Shown here: piece after piece, positions 49,668 through 59,177 of the stretch
Layout of the letters: each line of letters begins with the position of its first letter
How positions within the stretch are numbered: the first letter of the stretch is position 1
Assembly (NCBI GenBank): GCA_030627205.1
Contig: DAOUSN010000004.1
Span: 1,244-65,243, forward strand
Length of the DNA: 64,000 bases
Source: Methylococcaceae bacterium
Lineage (GTDB): Bacteria; Pseudomonadota; Gammaproteobacteria; Methylococcales; Methylomonadaceae
Direction: 5' to 3'
Notes under the pieces: model-generated
What the model saw: only the letters and a program-made list of their open reading frames with translations
The model's database searches: none
What the model was told of the DNA's origin: nothing
Translations under genes and position numbers: made by a program

Positions 49668-51101
49668 ATGAAAAATACACGCTTTTATTGGCATGATTAT
49701 GAGACTTTTGGCATTGACCCGTCTCGTGATTGGCCAACACAATTCGCAGGGGTTTGTACAGATGCTAATTTTAATATTATTGGTAAACCTTTAACCATTT
49801 ATTGTAAGCCACCCGCTGACTGCTTACCACAACCTGATGCTTGTATTATTACGGGGATTACGCCGCAACTAGCTGCTAAAAAAGGAGTTTGTGAGGCAGA
49901 ATTTATCAAAATTATTCATCAACAGTTTATGCGGCCTAATACCTGTGTTTTAGGTTATAACAGTTTACGTTTTGATGATGAAGTGACGCGTAATAGTCTT
50001 TACCGTAATTTTTATGACCCTTATGAGCGAGAGTGGAGAAATAAGAACTCGCGTTGGGATTTAATTGATGCCGTTCGAGCAGCAAGAGCTTTACGCCCAG
50101 AAGGGATCACTTGGGTTGATGATGAAAATGGAAAGCCGAGTTTTAAGCTTGAGAGTTTAACTAAAGCTAATAGTATTGCTCACGAATCAGCACATGATGC
50201 TCTCTCTGATGTTTATGCGACTATTGCAATAGCAAAACTTGTCAAGCAAGCGCAACCTAAATTATATGATTTTTTATTTTCTAACCGAGGAAAACATCAA
50301 GTCACTGATTTATTACAACTAGGTTCATTCAAACCTGTTGTACACATTTCAGGCATGTATCCAGCTATTAAAGGCTGTTTAGCCATTGTATTACCACTTT
50401 GTCAACACCCAACTAACAACAATGGGGTGATTGTTTATGATTTATCGCAAGACCCAACCGATCTTTTAGAATTAAGTGCAGAAGAAATAAGCCAACGTAT
50501 TTTTACCACAGCGGCTGATTTACCTAAGGGCATTGAGAGGATAGGATTAAAAACTGTGCATATTAATAAATGTCCTATACTTGCTCCCCTTAATGTTTTA
50601 AGAAAAGAAGATCAAGCACGTTTAGAAATAAATTTAAATCTATGCTTGGAGAATGCCAAAAAAATAAAAAATTCACCTTCAATTACGCATAAATTAATTG
50701 ACATTTTTACACGAATATATGAACCCGAAACTAATCCTGATTTAATGATTTACAGTGGCGGTTTTTTTAATAAAACTGATAAAGAAATAATGGATAAAAT
50801 CAGAAGTACCCCTATTGATGACTTATCAGCATTAAAACCTAAGTTTCAAGATCAACGGTTAACGGAAATGTTTTTTCGCTATAAAGCCCGTAATTATCCC
50901 CAAATACTCTCTTTAAAAGAAAAACAAGACTGGCAAAAATTTTGTCATAATAAATTAACCGATGAAAAATTAGGTGCAAGTTTAACCGTTGAAGAATATC
51001 GTCAGCAAATAGCTGAGTTAACAAAAAAAGCAACCCCTAAAGAACAAGAAATTCTTAATTCTTTAGAGGATTATTTAGCAAACCGACAAAATTTAAAATA
51101 A
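49668..51101 (+). CDS. sbcB: Exodeoxyribonuclease I
   Basis: 477 aa. FYWHDYETFG and DEDDh exonuclease motifs (HDALSDV). Confidence 0.93.
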   Translation: MKNTRFYWHDYETFGIDPSRDWPTQFAGVCTDANFNIIGKPLTIYCKPPADCLPQPDACIITGITPQLAAKKGVCEAEFIKIIHQQFMRPNTCVLGYNSLRFDDEVTRNSLYRNFYDPYEREWRNKNSRWDLIDAVRAARALRPEGITWVDDENGKPSFKLESLTKANSIAHESAHDALSDVYATIAIAKLVKQAQPKLYDFLFSNRGKHQVTDLLQLGSFKPVVHISGMYPAIKGCLAIVLPLCQHPTNNNGVIVYDLSQDPTDLLELSAEEISQRIFTTAADLPKGIERIGLKTVHINKCPILAPLNVLRKEDQARLEINLNLCLENAKKIKNSPSITHKLIDIFTRIYEPETNPDLMIYSGGFFNKTDKEIMDKIRSTPIDDLSALKPKFQDQRLTEMFFRYKARNYPQILSLKEKQDWQKFCHNKLTDEKLGASLTVEEYRQQIAELTKKATPKEQEILNSLEDYLANRQNLK

Positions 51102-52100
51102 TTAGTTTAAATGATAATTTACAATACGCTTAACTTCATTTTTTGACCCTAAAATTAAAGGAATCCGCTGATGTATTCCTTCTGGTTTTATATCTAGAAT
51201 CCGTTGTCGTCCTGTGGAACTCAAACCTCCTGCTTGTTCGATAATAAAACTCATAGGATTAGCCTCATACATTAATCGTAATCGCCCTGATGTAGATTTG
51301 TGGTTATCCAATGGATACATAAAAACCCCACCACGGGTTAAAACCCGATAAACTTCGGCAACTAATGAGGCAATCCAACGCATATTAAAGTTTTTTTTCC
51401 GTACCCCCTGTTTGCCTTGTAAACATTCTTTAACATAACGCTGGATAGGAGGCTGCCAAAAGCGTTGATTGGACATATTAATCGCAAATTCACTGCTATC
51501 TTCGGGTATTTTTATATCAGGATTGGTTAATATAAATTCACCAATATCAGGGTCTAAGGTAAACGCATTAACACCTCTACCTGTAGTTAAAACCATCATT
51601 GTTGAGGGTCCGTATAAAACAAATCCAGCGCAAACTTGTTTGGAACCTTGTTGTAAAAAATCTTCTACTTTAGGTTCTAATTCTGCTTCATAACGTAAAA
51701 TTGAAAAAATTGTTCCTACGGTTAAATTCAAGTCGATATTAGATGAACCATCAAGAGGGTCAAAAAGTGCTAAATATTTACCTTTAGGATAATGAGTAGG
51801 GATTTTAATAATTGCTTCAATTTCCTCTGATACCATCCCCGATAAATGACCAGACCAATTTAAGGCGTCAACCATAATATTATGGCTGATAATATCTAAC
51901 TTTTTTTGCACTTCTCCTTGTACATTTTCGGTATTAGCACTCCCTAAAACCCCCATTAAATCACCTCTATTAACAAGGCTAGATATTTTTTTACAGGCGG
52001 TAACAATGTCATTTAATAATAAGGTAAAATCACCTGATGATTCTGAAACTTCTCGTTGCTGTTCAATAATAAATTGGGTTAAACTTATATTATTTATCAT
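51102..52100 (-). CDS. fbp: Fructose-1,6-bisphosphatase class 1
   Basis: 332 aa. DPLDGSSNID and GGVFMYP blocks. Confidence 0.95.
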   Translation of the reverse strand: MINNISLTQFIIEQQREVSESSGDFTLLLNDIVTACKKISSLVNRGDLMGVLGSANTENVQGEVQKKLDIISHNIMVDALNWSGHLSGMVSEEIEAIIKIPTHYPKGKYLALFDPLDGSSNIDLNLTVGTIFSILRYEAELEPKVEDFLQQGSKQVCAGFVLYGPSTMMVLTTGRGVNAFTLDPDIGEFILTNPDIKIPEDSSEFAINMSNQRFWQPPIQRYVKECLQGKQGVRKKNFNMRWIASLVAEVYRVLTRGGVFMYPLDNHKSTSGRLRLMYEANPMSFIIEQAGGLSSTGRQRILDIKPEGIHQRIPLILGSKNEVKRIVNYHLN

Positions 52101-52135
52101 ATTTTAAGTTTTTATTAAGGTTAAGGAAGAGTAAA

Positions 52136-52909
52136 TTAGAAACAATAATCATAATCCATTATTAAAGGCGCGTGATCTGAAAACCGTTGTTCTTTATAGA
52201 TATTACTTGCTTGAACTTTATCTTTCAAGCCCGCACTAATAATTTGATAATCAATCCGCCAACCAACATTTTTTACCCATGATTGCCCACGATTTGACCA
52301 CCAAGTATATTCATCTGGTTGTTGTTCTAATAATCTAAACGCATCAAACCATTGGCTGTCGGCAAATAAATCATCAAGCCATGCCCTCTCTTCGGGTAAA
52401 AATCCTGAATTTTTTTTATTAGCTTTCCAGTTTTTTAAATCTACTTCTTTATGAGCAATATTCCAATCTCCTGCAATGATATAATCACGACCATTACCTA
52501 CAAGTGCTTGTAAATAAGGTAAAAATCTTGCTAAGAACTTAAACTTCCTTGCTTGACGTTCTTCAGATGATGAGCCAGAAGGTAAATATAATGAAATAAC
52601 ACTGAGTTTTCCAAAACGGGCTTCAATAAATCGTCCTTCACTATCTACATCTTCCCAGCCTATGCCTTTGATTATTTCATCTGGCTGTTTTTTACAATAA
52701 AGTCCAACCCCACTGTAGCCTTTTTTTACGGCGGCATGATAAAAACAGTGATAGCCTTGTGGATAAAAATCATCCGCTTTAAGTTGAGATTCTTGAGCGC
52801 GTGTCTCTTGAAGACAGATAACATCAGCATTTTGAGAGATTAGCCATGGAAAAACACCTTTACGTTCAGCGGCACGAATACCATTTGCATTTAAAGTAAT
52901 AATACGCAT
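52136..52909 (-). CDS. xthA: Exodeoxyribonuclease III
   Basis: 257 aa. LNANGIRA, CLQETR and SDHAP motifs. Confidence 0.93.
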   Translation of the reverse strand: MRIITLNANGIRAAERKGVFPWLISQNADVICLQETRAQESQLKADDFYPQGYHCFYHAAVKKGYSGVGLYCKKQPDEIIKGIGWEDVDSEGRFIEARFGKLSVISLYLPSGSSSEERQARKFKFLARFLPYLQALVGNGRDYIIAGDWNIAHKEVDLKNWKANKKNSGFLPEERAWLDDLFADSQWFDAFRLLEQQPDEYTWWSNRGQSWVKNVGWRIDYQIISAGLKDKVQASNIYKEQRFSDHAPLIMDYDYCF

Positions 52910-53006
52910 TATGAATTCTTAAGTTGCAGTTTTGTTGAGGAACTCGTATTATAACCAGTTCCCTATTAAGTTTGTAAGCCTATTTTAGGCAATATAATTA
53001 ACGACT

Positions 53007-53207
53007 ATGAAACCAGAAATACATCCAGACTATAAACAAATCACCGTAACCTGTGGCTGTGGAAATACCTTTGAAACAGGTTCAGTACTCACTAAAGATT
53101 TAAATATTGAAGTTTGCTCTTCATGTCACCCTTTTTATACAGGTAAGCAACGAGTCGTCGATACCGCAGGTCGTGTTGATAAATTTCGTAAACGATTTGG
53201 TAAATAA
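53007..53207 (+). CDS. rpmE: 50S ribosomal protein L31
   Basis: 66 aa. MKPEIHPDY, with CGCG...[10 protein letters not shown] Zn-ribbon form. Confidence 0.97.
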   Translation: MKPEIHPDYKQITVTCGCGNTFETGSVLTKDLNIEVCSSCHPFYTGKQRVVDTAGRVDKFRKRFGK

Positions 53208-53271
53208 TTTTTTTAACTATATATAGTGTAGCCTAGTGTAGAATAACTCAACAAAAAAATTTAGAGAAATT

Positions 53272-54582
53272 ATGTCACAAGATACCGTATCTATTAAAAA
53301 TAACAACACAGGTGAGCAAGCCGAATTTTCACTATTAAAAGGAACACTCGGAACACCAACTATTGATATTGGCACACTTAATAAGAACCTAGGGTTATTT
53401 ACTTATGATCCAGGTTTTGTTTCAACAGCAAGTTGTAAAAGTAACATTACTTATATTGATGGTGAAAAAGGAATATTACTTTATCGAGGTTACCCAATTG
53501 AGCAACTCGCTAAACAGAGTTCATTTTTAGAGGTTGCTTATTTATTAATGAATGGTGAGCTACCGACTGAAAATAAATTATTTAATTTTTCTAATGAAAT
53601 TAACCACCACACCATTCTACATGAATCCTTGAGTGGTTTTTTTAGTGGTTTTCATTATGACGCACATCCTATGGCAATGATGGTCGGCGTTGTCGGTTCT
53701 TTATCGGCTTTTTATCATGGTCAACTAAACATGGAAGATCCTGAACATCGTCGAATATCTGCTCTGCGAATGTTAGCAAAGATGCCCACTATTGCTGCTG
53801 CCTGTTATCAACATTCTATTGGATACCCTATTGTTTATCCACGCAGAGATTTGGAATATTGCGAAAATTTTCTAAATATGATGTTTTCATTGCCATCACA
53901 AACGAATGCTCAACGTGATAAACAGATTGACCCCATTACGGTCAAAGCCCTCAATTTACTATTTATACTTCATGCAGATCATGAACAAAATGCAAGTACA
54001 TCTACTGTACGGTTAGCAAGTAGTACTGGAGCAAACCCTTACGCATGTATTGCCGCAGGCATTTCAGCACTTTGGGGGCCATCTCATGGTGGCGCAAATG
54101 AAGCTGTTTTAAAAATGTTAATGGAAATAGGTACTATTGAAAATATCCCTAAATACCTGAAAAAAGCGAAAGATAAAAATGATCCATTTCGGTTAATGGG
54201 ATTTGGACATCGTGTTTATAAAAACTTTGATCCTAGAGCCACTATTATCCGTGAAACCTGCCATGAAGTTTTAGCACATTTCCCAACAGATGACCCTTTA
54301 TTTGAATTGGCATTAGCTTTAGAAGAGTATGCATTGAAGGATGAGTATTTTATTGAGAAAAAACTTTATCCCAACGTTGATTTTTATTCAGGTATCATTT
54401 ATCGTGCCTTAAAAATCCCTGAGAATATGTTTACAGTGATGTTTGTTATTGCTCGTACCGCAGGTTGGGTCTCACATTGGCTAGAAATGATGGCAGAACC
54501 TACGCATCGTATTAGCCGCCCTAGACAGCTTTACACAGGCTATGATAAGCGTGACTATACTCCTACTAATTTGCGAAAATAA
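53272..54582 (+). CDS. gltA: Citrate synthase (type II)
   Basis: 436 aa. [14 protein letters not shown] and [10 protein letters not shown] motifs. Confidence 0.96.
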   Translation: MSQDTVSIKNNNTGEQAEFSLLKGTLGTPTIDIGTLNKNLGLFTYDPGFVSTASCKSNITYIDGEKGILLYRGYPIEQLAKQSSFLEVAYLLMNGELPTENKLFNFSNEINHHTILHESLSGFFSGFHYDAHPMAMMVGVVGSLSAFYHGQLNMEDPEHRRISALRMLAKMPTIAAACYQHSIGYPIVYPRRDLEYCENFLNMMFSLPSQTNAQRDKQIDPITVKALNLLFILHADHEQNASTSTVRLASSTGANPYACIAAGISALWGPSHGGANEAVLKMLMEIGTIENIPKYLKKAKDKNDPFRLMGFGHRVYKNFDPRATIIRETCHEVLAHFPTDDPLFELALALEEYALKDEYFIEKKLYPNVDFYSGIIYRALKIPENMFTVMFVIARTAGWVSHWLEMMAEPTHRISRPRQLYTGYDKRDYTPTNLRK

Positions 54583-54681
54583 ATAAATTAAAGTAAAAAG
54601 CAATAAACAACTTGCTAACTGTTCAAAGATTTAGTAAAATTCTCGCTCTTTGATAGCCTTAACAGAAAACCAACTAATTAA

Positions 54682-55110
54682 ATGAAAACATTTAGTGCAA
54701 AACCAGCAGAAGTTAAGCGCGATTGGTATGTAATTGATGCAGAAGGGAAGACGCTTGGTCGACTTGCCACAGAAGTTGCTCGCCGTCTTCGCGGAAAACA
54801 TAAACCTGAATATACCCCCCACGTGGATACAGGTGATTATATTATTGTCGTCAATGCAGAAAAAATTGGTGTTACGGGCAATAAAGAACAAAATAAAATC
54901 TATTATCGCCATACAGGTTATATCGGTAATATGAAATCTGTCACATTAGGAAAACTAAGAAAAACCTTTCCAGACCGTATCATTAATACAGCAGTTAAAG
55001 GTATGTTACCTAAAAACCCACTAGGACGTGCTATGTTTAAAAAGCTAAAGGTCTACGCAGGACCAACGCATGAACATCAATCACAGCAACCTAAAGTGTT
55101 AGAACTCTAA
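54682..55110 (+). CDS. rplM: 50S ribosomal protein L13
   Basis: 142 aa. [21 protein letters not shown]-terminus. Confidence 0.98.
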   Translation: MKTFSAKPAEVKRDWYVIDAEGKTLGRLATEVARRLRGKHKPEYTPHVDTGDYIIVVNAEKIGVTGNKEQNKIYYRHTGYIGNMKSVTLGKLRKTFPDRIINTAVKGMLPKNPLGRAMFKKLKVYAGPTHEHQSQQPKVLEL

Positions 55111-55123
55111 AACAGGACAAATT

Positions 55124-55513
55124 ATGACAACTCAGTATTATGGAACAGGTCGTCGTAAAAGTGCAGTAGCACGTGTTTACGCGATAGCTGGTTCTGGTAA
55201 AATTACCGTTAACAAACAACCTATCGAAATTTATTTTGGTCGTAAAACTGACCAAATATTAGCAGAACAACCTTTAGTATGCGTTGAAAAAACGGCTGAT
55301 TTTGATCTTAATATTATTGTTAAAGGTGGCGGGCCTTCAGGTCAAGCTGGTGCAATTCGTCATGGGTTAGCTCGAGCATTAATTGATTTCGATGAAAGCT
55401 TACGTTTACCTTTAAGACAAGCGGGTTATGTAACTCGTGACGCACGTAAAGTTGAACGTAAAAAAGTCGGCTTACACAAAGCCAGAAAACGTCCACAGTA
55501 TTCAAAACGTTAA
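55124..55513 (+). CDS. rpsI: 30S ribosomal protein S9
   Basis: 129 aa. YYGTGRRKS and C-terminal [11 protein letters not shown]. Confidence 0.98.
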   Translation: MTTQYYGTGRRKSAVARVYAIAGSGKITVNKQPIEIYFGRKTDQILAEQPLVCVEKTADFDLNIIVKGGGPSGQAGAIRHGLARALIDFDESLRLPLRQAGYVTRDARKVERKKVGLHKARKRPQYSKR

Positions 55514-55536
55514 TTCGTTTTTTCAAAAGAACTAGA

Positions 55537-55571
55537 AAAGGGCAGTATCATAAAGATACCGCCCTTTTTTT
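55537..55571 (+). terminator. Intrinsic terminator after rplM-rpsI (partly bidirectional)
   Basis: GGGCaGTATC-ataaa-GATACcGCCC followed by T7 (55565..55571). An AAAA tract on the other side could also serve the convergent cysJ. Confidence 0.8.
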
Positions 55572-55601
55572 ATCACTAAAATAAGCATCCTTAATGATTA
55601 A

Positions 55602-57347
55602 TTAATACACATCTCTTACATAACGTTTTTCTTTCTTCAAAAGATTAACATAATCAATCGCTTCTTGTTCGGTTTTTTGACCCTGTTCCGTAACAATATC
55701 ATGTAGTGCTTTATCAACATCTTTTGCCATTCGATAAGCATCCCCACAGACAAAGAAAGAACCACCTTGTTCTAACCATAAAAATATTTCTTTTCCCTGT
55801 TCACGCATTCTATCTTGAACATAAATTTTTTCGTCTTGGTCACGAGAAAAAGCTAACTCTAAACGGTTTAATACCCCGTTTTTTTGCATAGCCTCCAATT
55901 CATCTTGATAAATAAAGTCGGTCTCTGCATTTCTATCCCCAAAAAACAACCAATTTTGACCCGAGGATTTTCTAAATTCACGTTCTTGTAAAAAAGCACG
56001 GAAAGGCGCAATCCCAGTTCCAGGCCCAACCATAATCATCGGCAAACTATCATCTTCAGGAACTCTAAAATTTTTATTGGGGGCAAAAAAGACCTTAACC
56101 GCAGTACTTTCACCGACAATATCCGCTAAATAAGTGGAGCAAACCCCTTTATGTTCCCGTCTTTGAGCTTGATAACGCACACTAGCAACGGTTAAATGAA
56201 CCTTGTCAGGGTACATTTTTCCACTGGAAGCAATGGAATAAGCACGATATTTTAGCGGTTTTAAGCGAGCAATAAATTCAGCCGCAGAAAATTTTAAGGT
56301 TGGATGCGCTAATAATAAATCTAAACTATCCCGTCCCCATAAATAATCAGTCAACTGGTTTTTATCATCAGAGTTTAAAAGTTCATTTAATACTTGATCC
56401 CCTGAACGTTTGGCAATTTCTTCAATCAATTCTTTGCTAGGCAATTTAATTTCAAAATGAGTACGTAAGGCTTCACGCAAGCTCATTAATTCACCCTTAA
56501 CGGGTTCTTCTTCGTCCCCCTTACAACTGATGGCTTTAATAATATTATCTACTAATTCAGGACAATTAGTAGGAATAACACATAATGCATCCCCTGCTTC
56601 ATAGCTTAAACCTGAACCAACAATAGAAATTTCATAATGACGGGTTTCTTTGGATGAATTCTCAGCCGTAATAATTTTATTCAGCGTCATCGTCGCTGGA
56701 AAGGGGTTTTTTCGATTATATTGCGGCTTATTATTTACTGAAGATTCCTTATCTTTATCCATTAAATTAACGGTTGACCCCTCAGACATCAGTGGAATAA
56801 CACTACTAATCCAATTTTCCGCTGAAACTTCAAAATCGACATCACAATCAATGCGCTGATACAGTCGTTTTGCCCCTAATGCTTCAAGACGCAAATCCCA
56901 ATCTATCCCTGCTTGACAAAATAAATCATAACTCGTATCCCCTAAGGCTAAAATGGAATAATGAGTATTTTCAAAATGAGGGGTATTTTCGCTATTAACC
57001 GCTTCCCAGAGCATTTGAGCATTATCAGGCATTTCGCCTTCACCATAAGTACTGGTGATAATAAGTAGATAATCCATGACTGCCATTTCAGCTATTTCCA
57101 CTTCATCCATACTTTTAACAATAGGATTTAAGCCGTGTGTTTTAGCAAGATCAGCTGCATCATTCGCAACCGATTCAGACGTGCCTGTTTGCGTTCCATA
57201 GAGAATGTTAATAACACGTGCATGGGCTGTTTGATTTACCCCCGTACTTTGTAATAAGTGGCTATGCATTCCTGCAAAAAATCCTGTGAGCCATGCGCGT
57301 TGCGTATCAGAATAAGGGGCGTTATTTGGAATTTTCAGTATTTTCAT
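55602..57347 (-). CDS. cysJ: Sulfite reductase [NADPH] flavoprotein alpha-component-like diflavin reductase
   Basis: 581 aa. N-terminal TQRAWLTGFFAG (as in E. coli CysJ TQLAWVSGYFWG), flavodoxin ILYGTQTGTSE, FAD motif YRAYSIASS, and NADPH motif MVGPGTGIAPFRAF. No cysI nearby. Confidence 0.85.
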   Translation of the reverse strand: MKILKIPNNAPYSDTQRAWLTGFFAGMHSHLLQSTGVNQTAHARVINILYGTQTGTSESVANDAADLAKTHGLNPIVKSMDEVEIAEMAVMDYLLIITSTYGEGEMPDNAQMLWEAVNSENTPHFENTHYSILALGDTSYDLFCQAGIDWDLRLEALGAKRLYQRIDCDVDFEVSAENWISSVIPLMSEGSTVNLMDKDKESSVNNKPQYNRKNPFPATMTLNKIITAENSSKETRHYEISIVGSGLSYEAGDALCVIPTNCPELVDNIIKAISCKGDEEEPVKGELMSLREALRTHFEIKLPSKELIEEIAKRSGDQVLNELLNSDDKNQLTDYLWGRDSLDLLLAHPTLKFSAAEFIARLKPLKYRAYSIASSGKMYPDKVHLTVASVRYQAQRREHKGVCSTYLADIVGESTAVKVFFAPNKNFRVPEDDSLPMIMVGPGTGIAPFRAFLQEREFRKSSGQNWLFFGDRNAETDFIYQDELEAMQKNGVLNRLELAFSRDQDEKIYVQDRMREQGKEIFLWLEQGGSFFVCGDAYRMAKDVDKALHDIVTEQGQKTEQEAIDYVNLLKKEKRYVRDVY

Positions 57348-57411
57348 TGAAGGCTAATAATTTAAAATGAGATAGTTTTCTATTTGTTTTAGGTAGGTCA
57401 TAATTTTTTTA

Positions 57412-58077
57412 TTATGTAGACTCAAGGTAAGTCTGATTAATAAAACCCTCCTTGATTCTTTCAAAAACTAAGTCCATTAACAATGTTACTAATTTTGCAG
57501 CTCTAGTTATATCATTTGTCGTTACTAAAATAGAATTTTGTCCATGAGCAATATTATTTCTGATTTTTAAAAGGAATTTATCAAGTTCATCTTTTAAAGA
57601 GTATTTAGGTTCAGGGTATTCTTGAATCTTTTCAAGGTTAAATTCTGCTAATATTTTATTAAGAATAGCAAAGCCAACATTACTTTCAGTATTTACAATA
57701 GGGTTAATATTAATTTTTTCAGCATGATAAAATTGATTAAGTTGTTTAAAAAAAAGTAGCTTTTTATCTAATTTTTTAGGATATTCTGCAAATTGTTTAA
57801 ATTTATTTTCTAAATGAAAAATAATCATGGGTTTGCAAAGAGTATCAAAGCTAAGTTCTAGTTTATTTAATGTCCTAATGTAAATTTGAAAAGTTTGCTG
57901 AATAAATCCTTCCCAGATTGAATAAATCATAGGGATTGAATGTTGTAACAGTAAATCTTTATCGTAGTCTAAAAGATTATAACGTGAGGTGAGTGTTTTA
58001 ATACTCGATATTGAGCTTAGTCTTGTGTCTATATCAGAAGTAATTTCTTGCTCTAAAAGAACTAACGCTGTATTCAT
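57412..58077 (-). CDS. HEPN-domain protein, MAE_28990/MAE_18760-like (predicted RNase)
   Basis: 221 aa, all-helical. IWEGF near the N-terminus and a C-terminal R-x4-H motif RNNIAH (R173..H178, nt 57544..57561). Its ATG overlaps the upstream stop (ATGA). Confidence 0.72.
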   Translation of the reverse strand: MNTALVLLEQEITSDIDTRLSSISSIKTLTSRYNLLDYDKDLLLQHSIPMIYSIWEGFIQQTFQIYIRTLNKLELSFDTLCKPMIIFHLENKFKQFAEYPKKLDKKLLFFKQLNQFYHAEKININPIVNTESNVGFAILNKILAEFNLEKIQEYPEPKYSLKDELDKFLLKIRNNIAHGQNSILVTTNDITRAAKLVTLLMDLVFERIKEGFINQTYLEST

Positions 58078-59156
58078 TGGTTTCCAAATATTTTACGAGC
58101 GATTTTTATACGATCAATTATTCTCCCTTTTTGCCCATTACTACTTGATGTTTTGATAACATTAATAATTTCTTTTTGATGACGATCAATTTTTTCCTGA
58201 ATTAACGTTATTGGTTTGTCTTTATAAAAATCATAATATTCACTGACACCAATAGTCACAATATCATAAATAGTGGTTATTATTCGTCCTTTTCTATCTT
58301 TACTCCGAAAAATACTCTTACTTAAAGGCTGTAATAACTTAAATGTCTTTATAAAAATAGATTCATATTTTTCATAATCAAACTCTTTATTTTCCAACGC
58401 ATGTTTCATGAAATCAGTCATATGTTGAGCAAGCCCAGTTTTTATATTATCTTTATTGTTATAAAGAGAAATAAACCTAAGTGCTAATTCTTCATGATAA
58501 AGTTGTTCTAAATTATTATCATTTAAATCAATTAGTTCGAGAAAATCTTTATTCTCAGAAATATGTTTTAAAAAATCATTAAAATCACTGGAAATATCTC
58601 TATAAATACAATTTCTAATTTCTTGTGCAGTTAAAGGTGAACCGCCTGTATTGAGTCGATTAAATAATTCAAATCGCATATCATAGTTACTATTCCACCT
58701 AAGAATCTCAACTCGGCAAGTTGATCTTTTGATATTTAATTTAAAGACATTAGGTAGTGTTTCATAAGAAAATCCTTCTAGGGTTTTAATTTTATTTCCT
58801 GCGCCTAAAACCCAATTATTTTTTTCTTTAATCCCTTTATCTTCACTTTTTAAAATACCAAAAAAAGAAAGCACAGTTGAGGTTCGTTGTAAACCATCCA
58901 CTAATTCCCATACACCATCACCATCTGAGGCAACAAAAATAGGAGGAATGGGAATACCTAAAAGAATTGATTCAATAAAACGTGTTTGCTGCTCTTCATC
59001 CCAGCGAAAATAACGTTGAAAATCTGGTTTAATTTTAATCTCTTCACGCTCATACATACTCATCAATTCGCCAAAAGAAATATCTAATCTATCCGTGCTT
59101 AATAAATTTCTTTGCGCTTCTATTTCCGTCTGTAATTCTTCTTTTGTTGCTAACAT
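58074..59156 (-). CDS. DUF262 (ParB/sulfiredoxin-like, GmrSD N-terminal type) protein without a DUF1524 nuclease domain
   Basis: 360 aa. FQRYFRW followed by ELVDGLQRT (DGLQR = nt 58884..58898). The C-terminal half is helical with no His-Me/HNH motif. GGAGAA RBS at 59161..59166. Confidence 0.82.
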   Translation of the reverse strand: MLATKEELQTEIEAQRNLLSTDRLDISFGELMSMYEREEIKIKPDFQRYFRWDEEQQTRFIESILLGIPIPPIFVASDGDGVWELVDGLQRTSTVLSFFGILKSEDKGIKEKNNWVLGAGNKIKTLEGFSYETLPNVFKLNIKRSTCRVEILRWNSNYDMRFELFNRLNTGGSPLTAQEIRNCIYRDISSDFNDFLKHISENKDFLELIDLNDNNLEQLYHEELALRFISLYNNKDNIKTGLAQHMTDFMKHALENKEFDYEKYESIFIKTFKLLQPLSKSIFRSKDRKGRIITTIYDIVTIGVSEYYDFYKDKPITLIQEKIDRHQKEIINVIKTSSSNGQKGRIIDRIKIARKIFGNQ

Positions 59157-59177
59157 TTATTTCTCCAATAAACAAAA

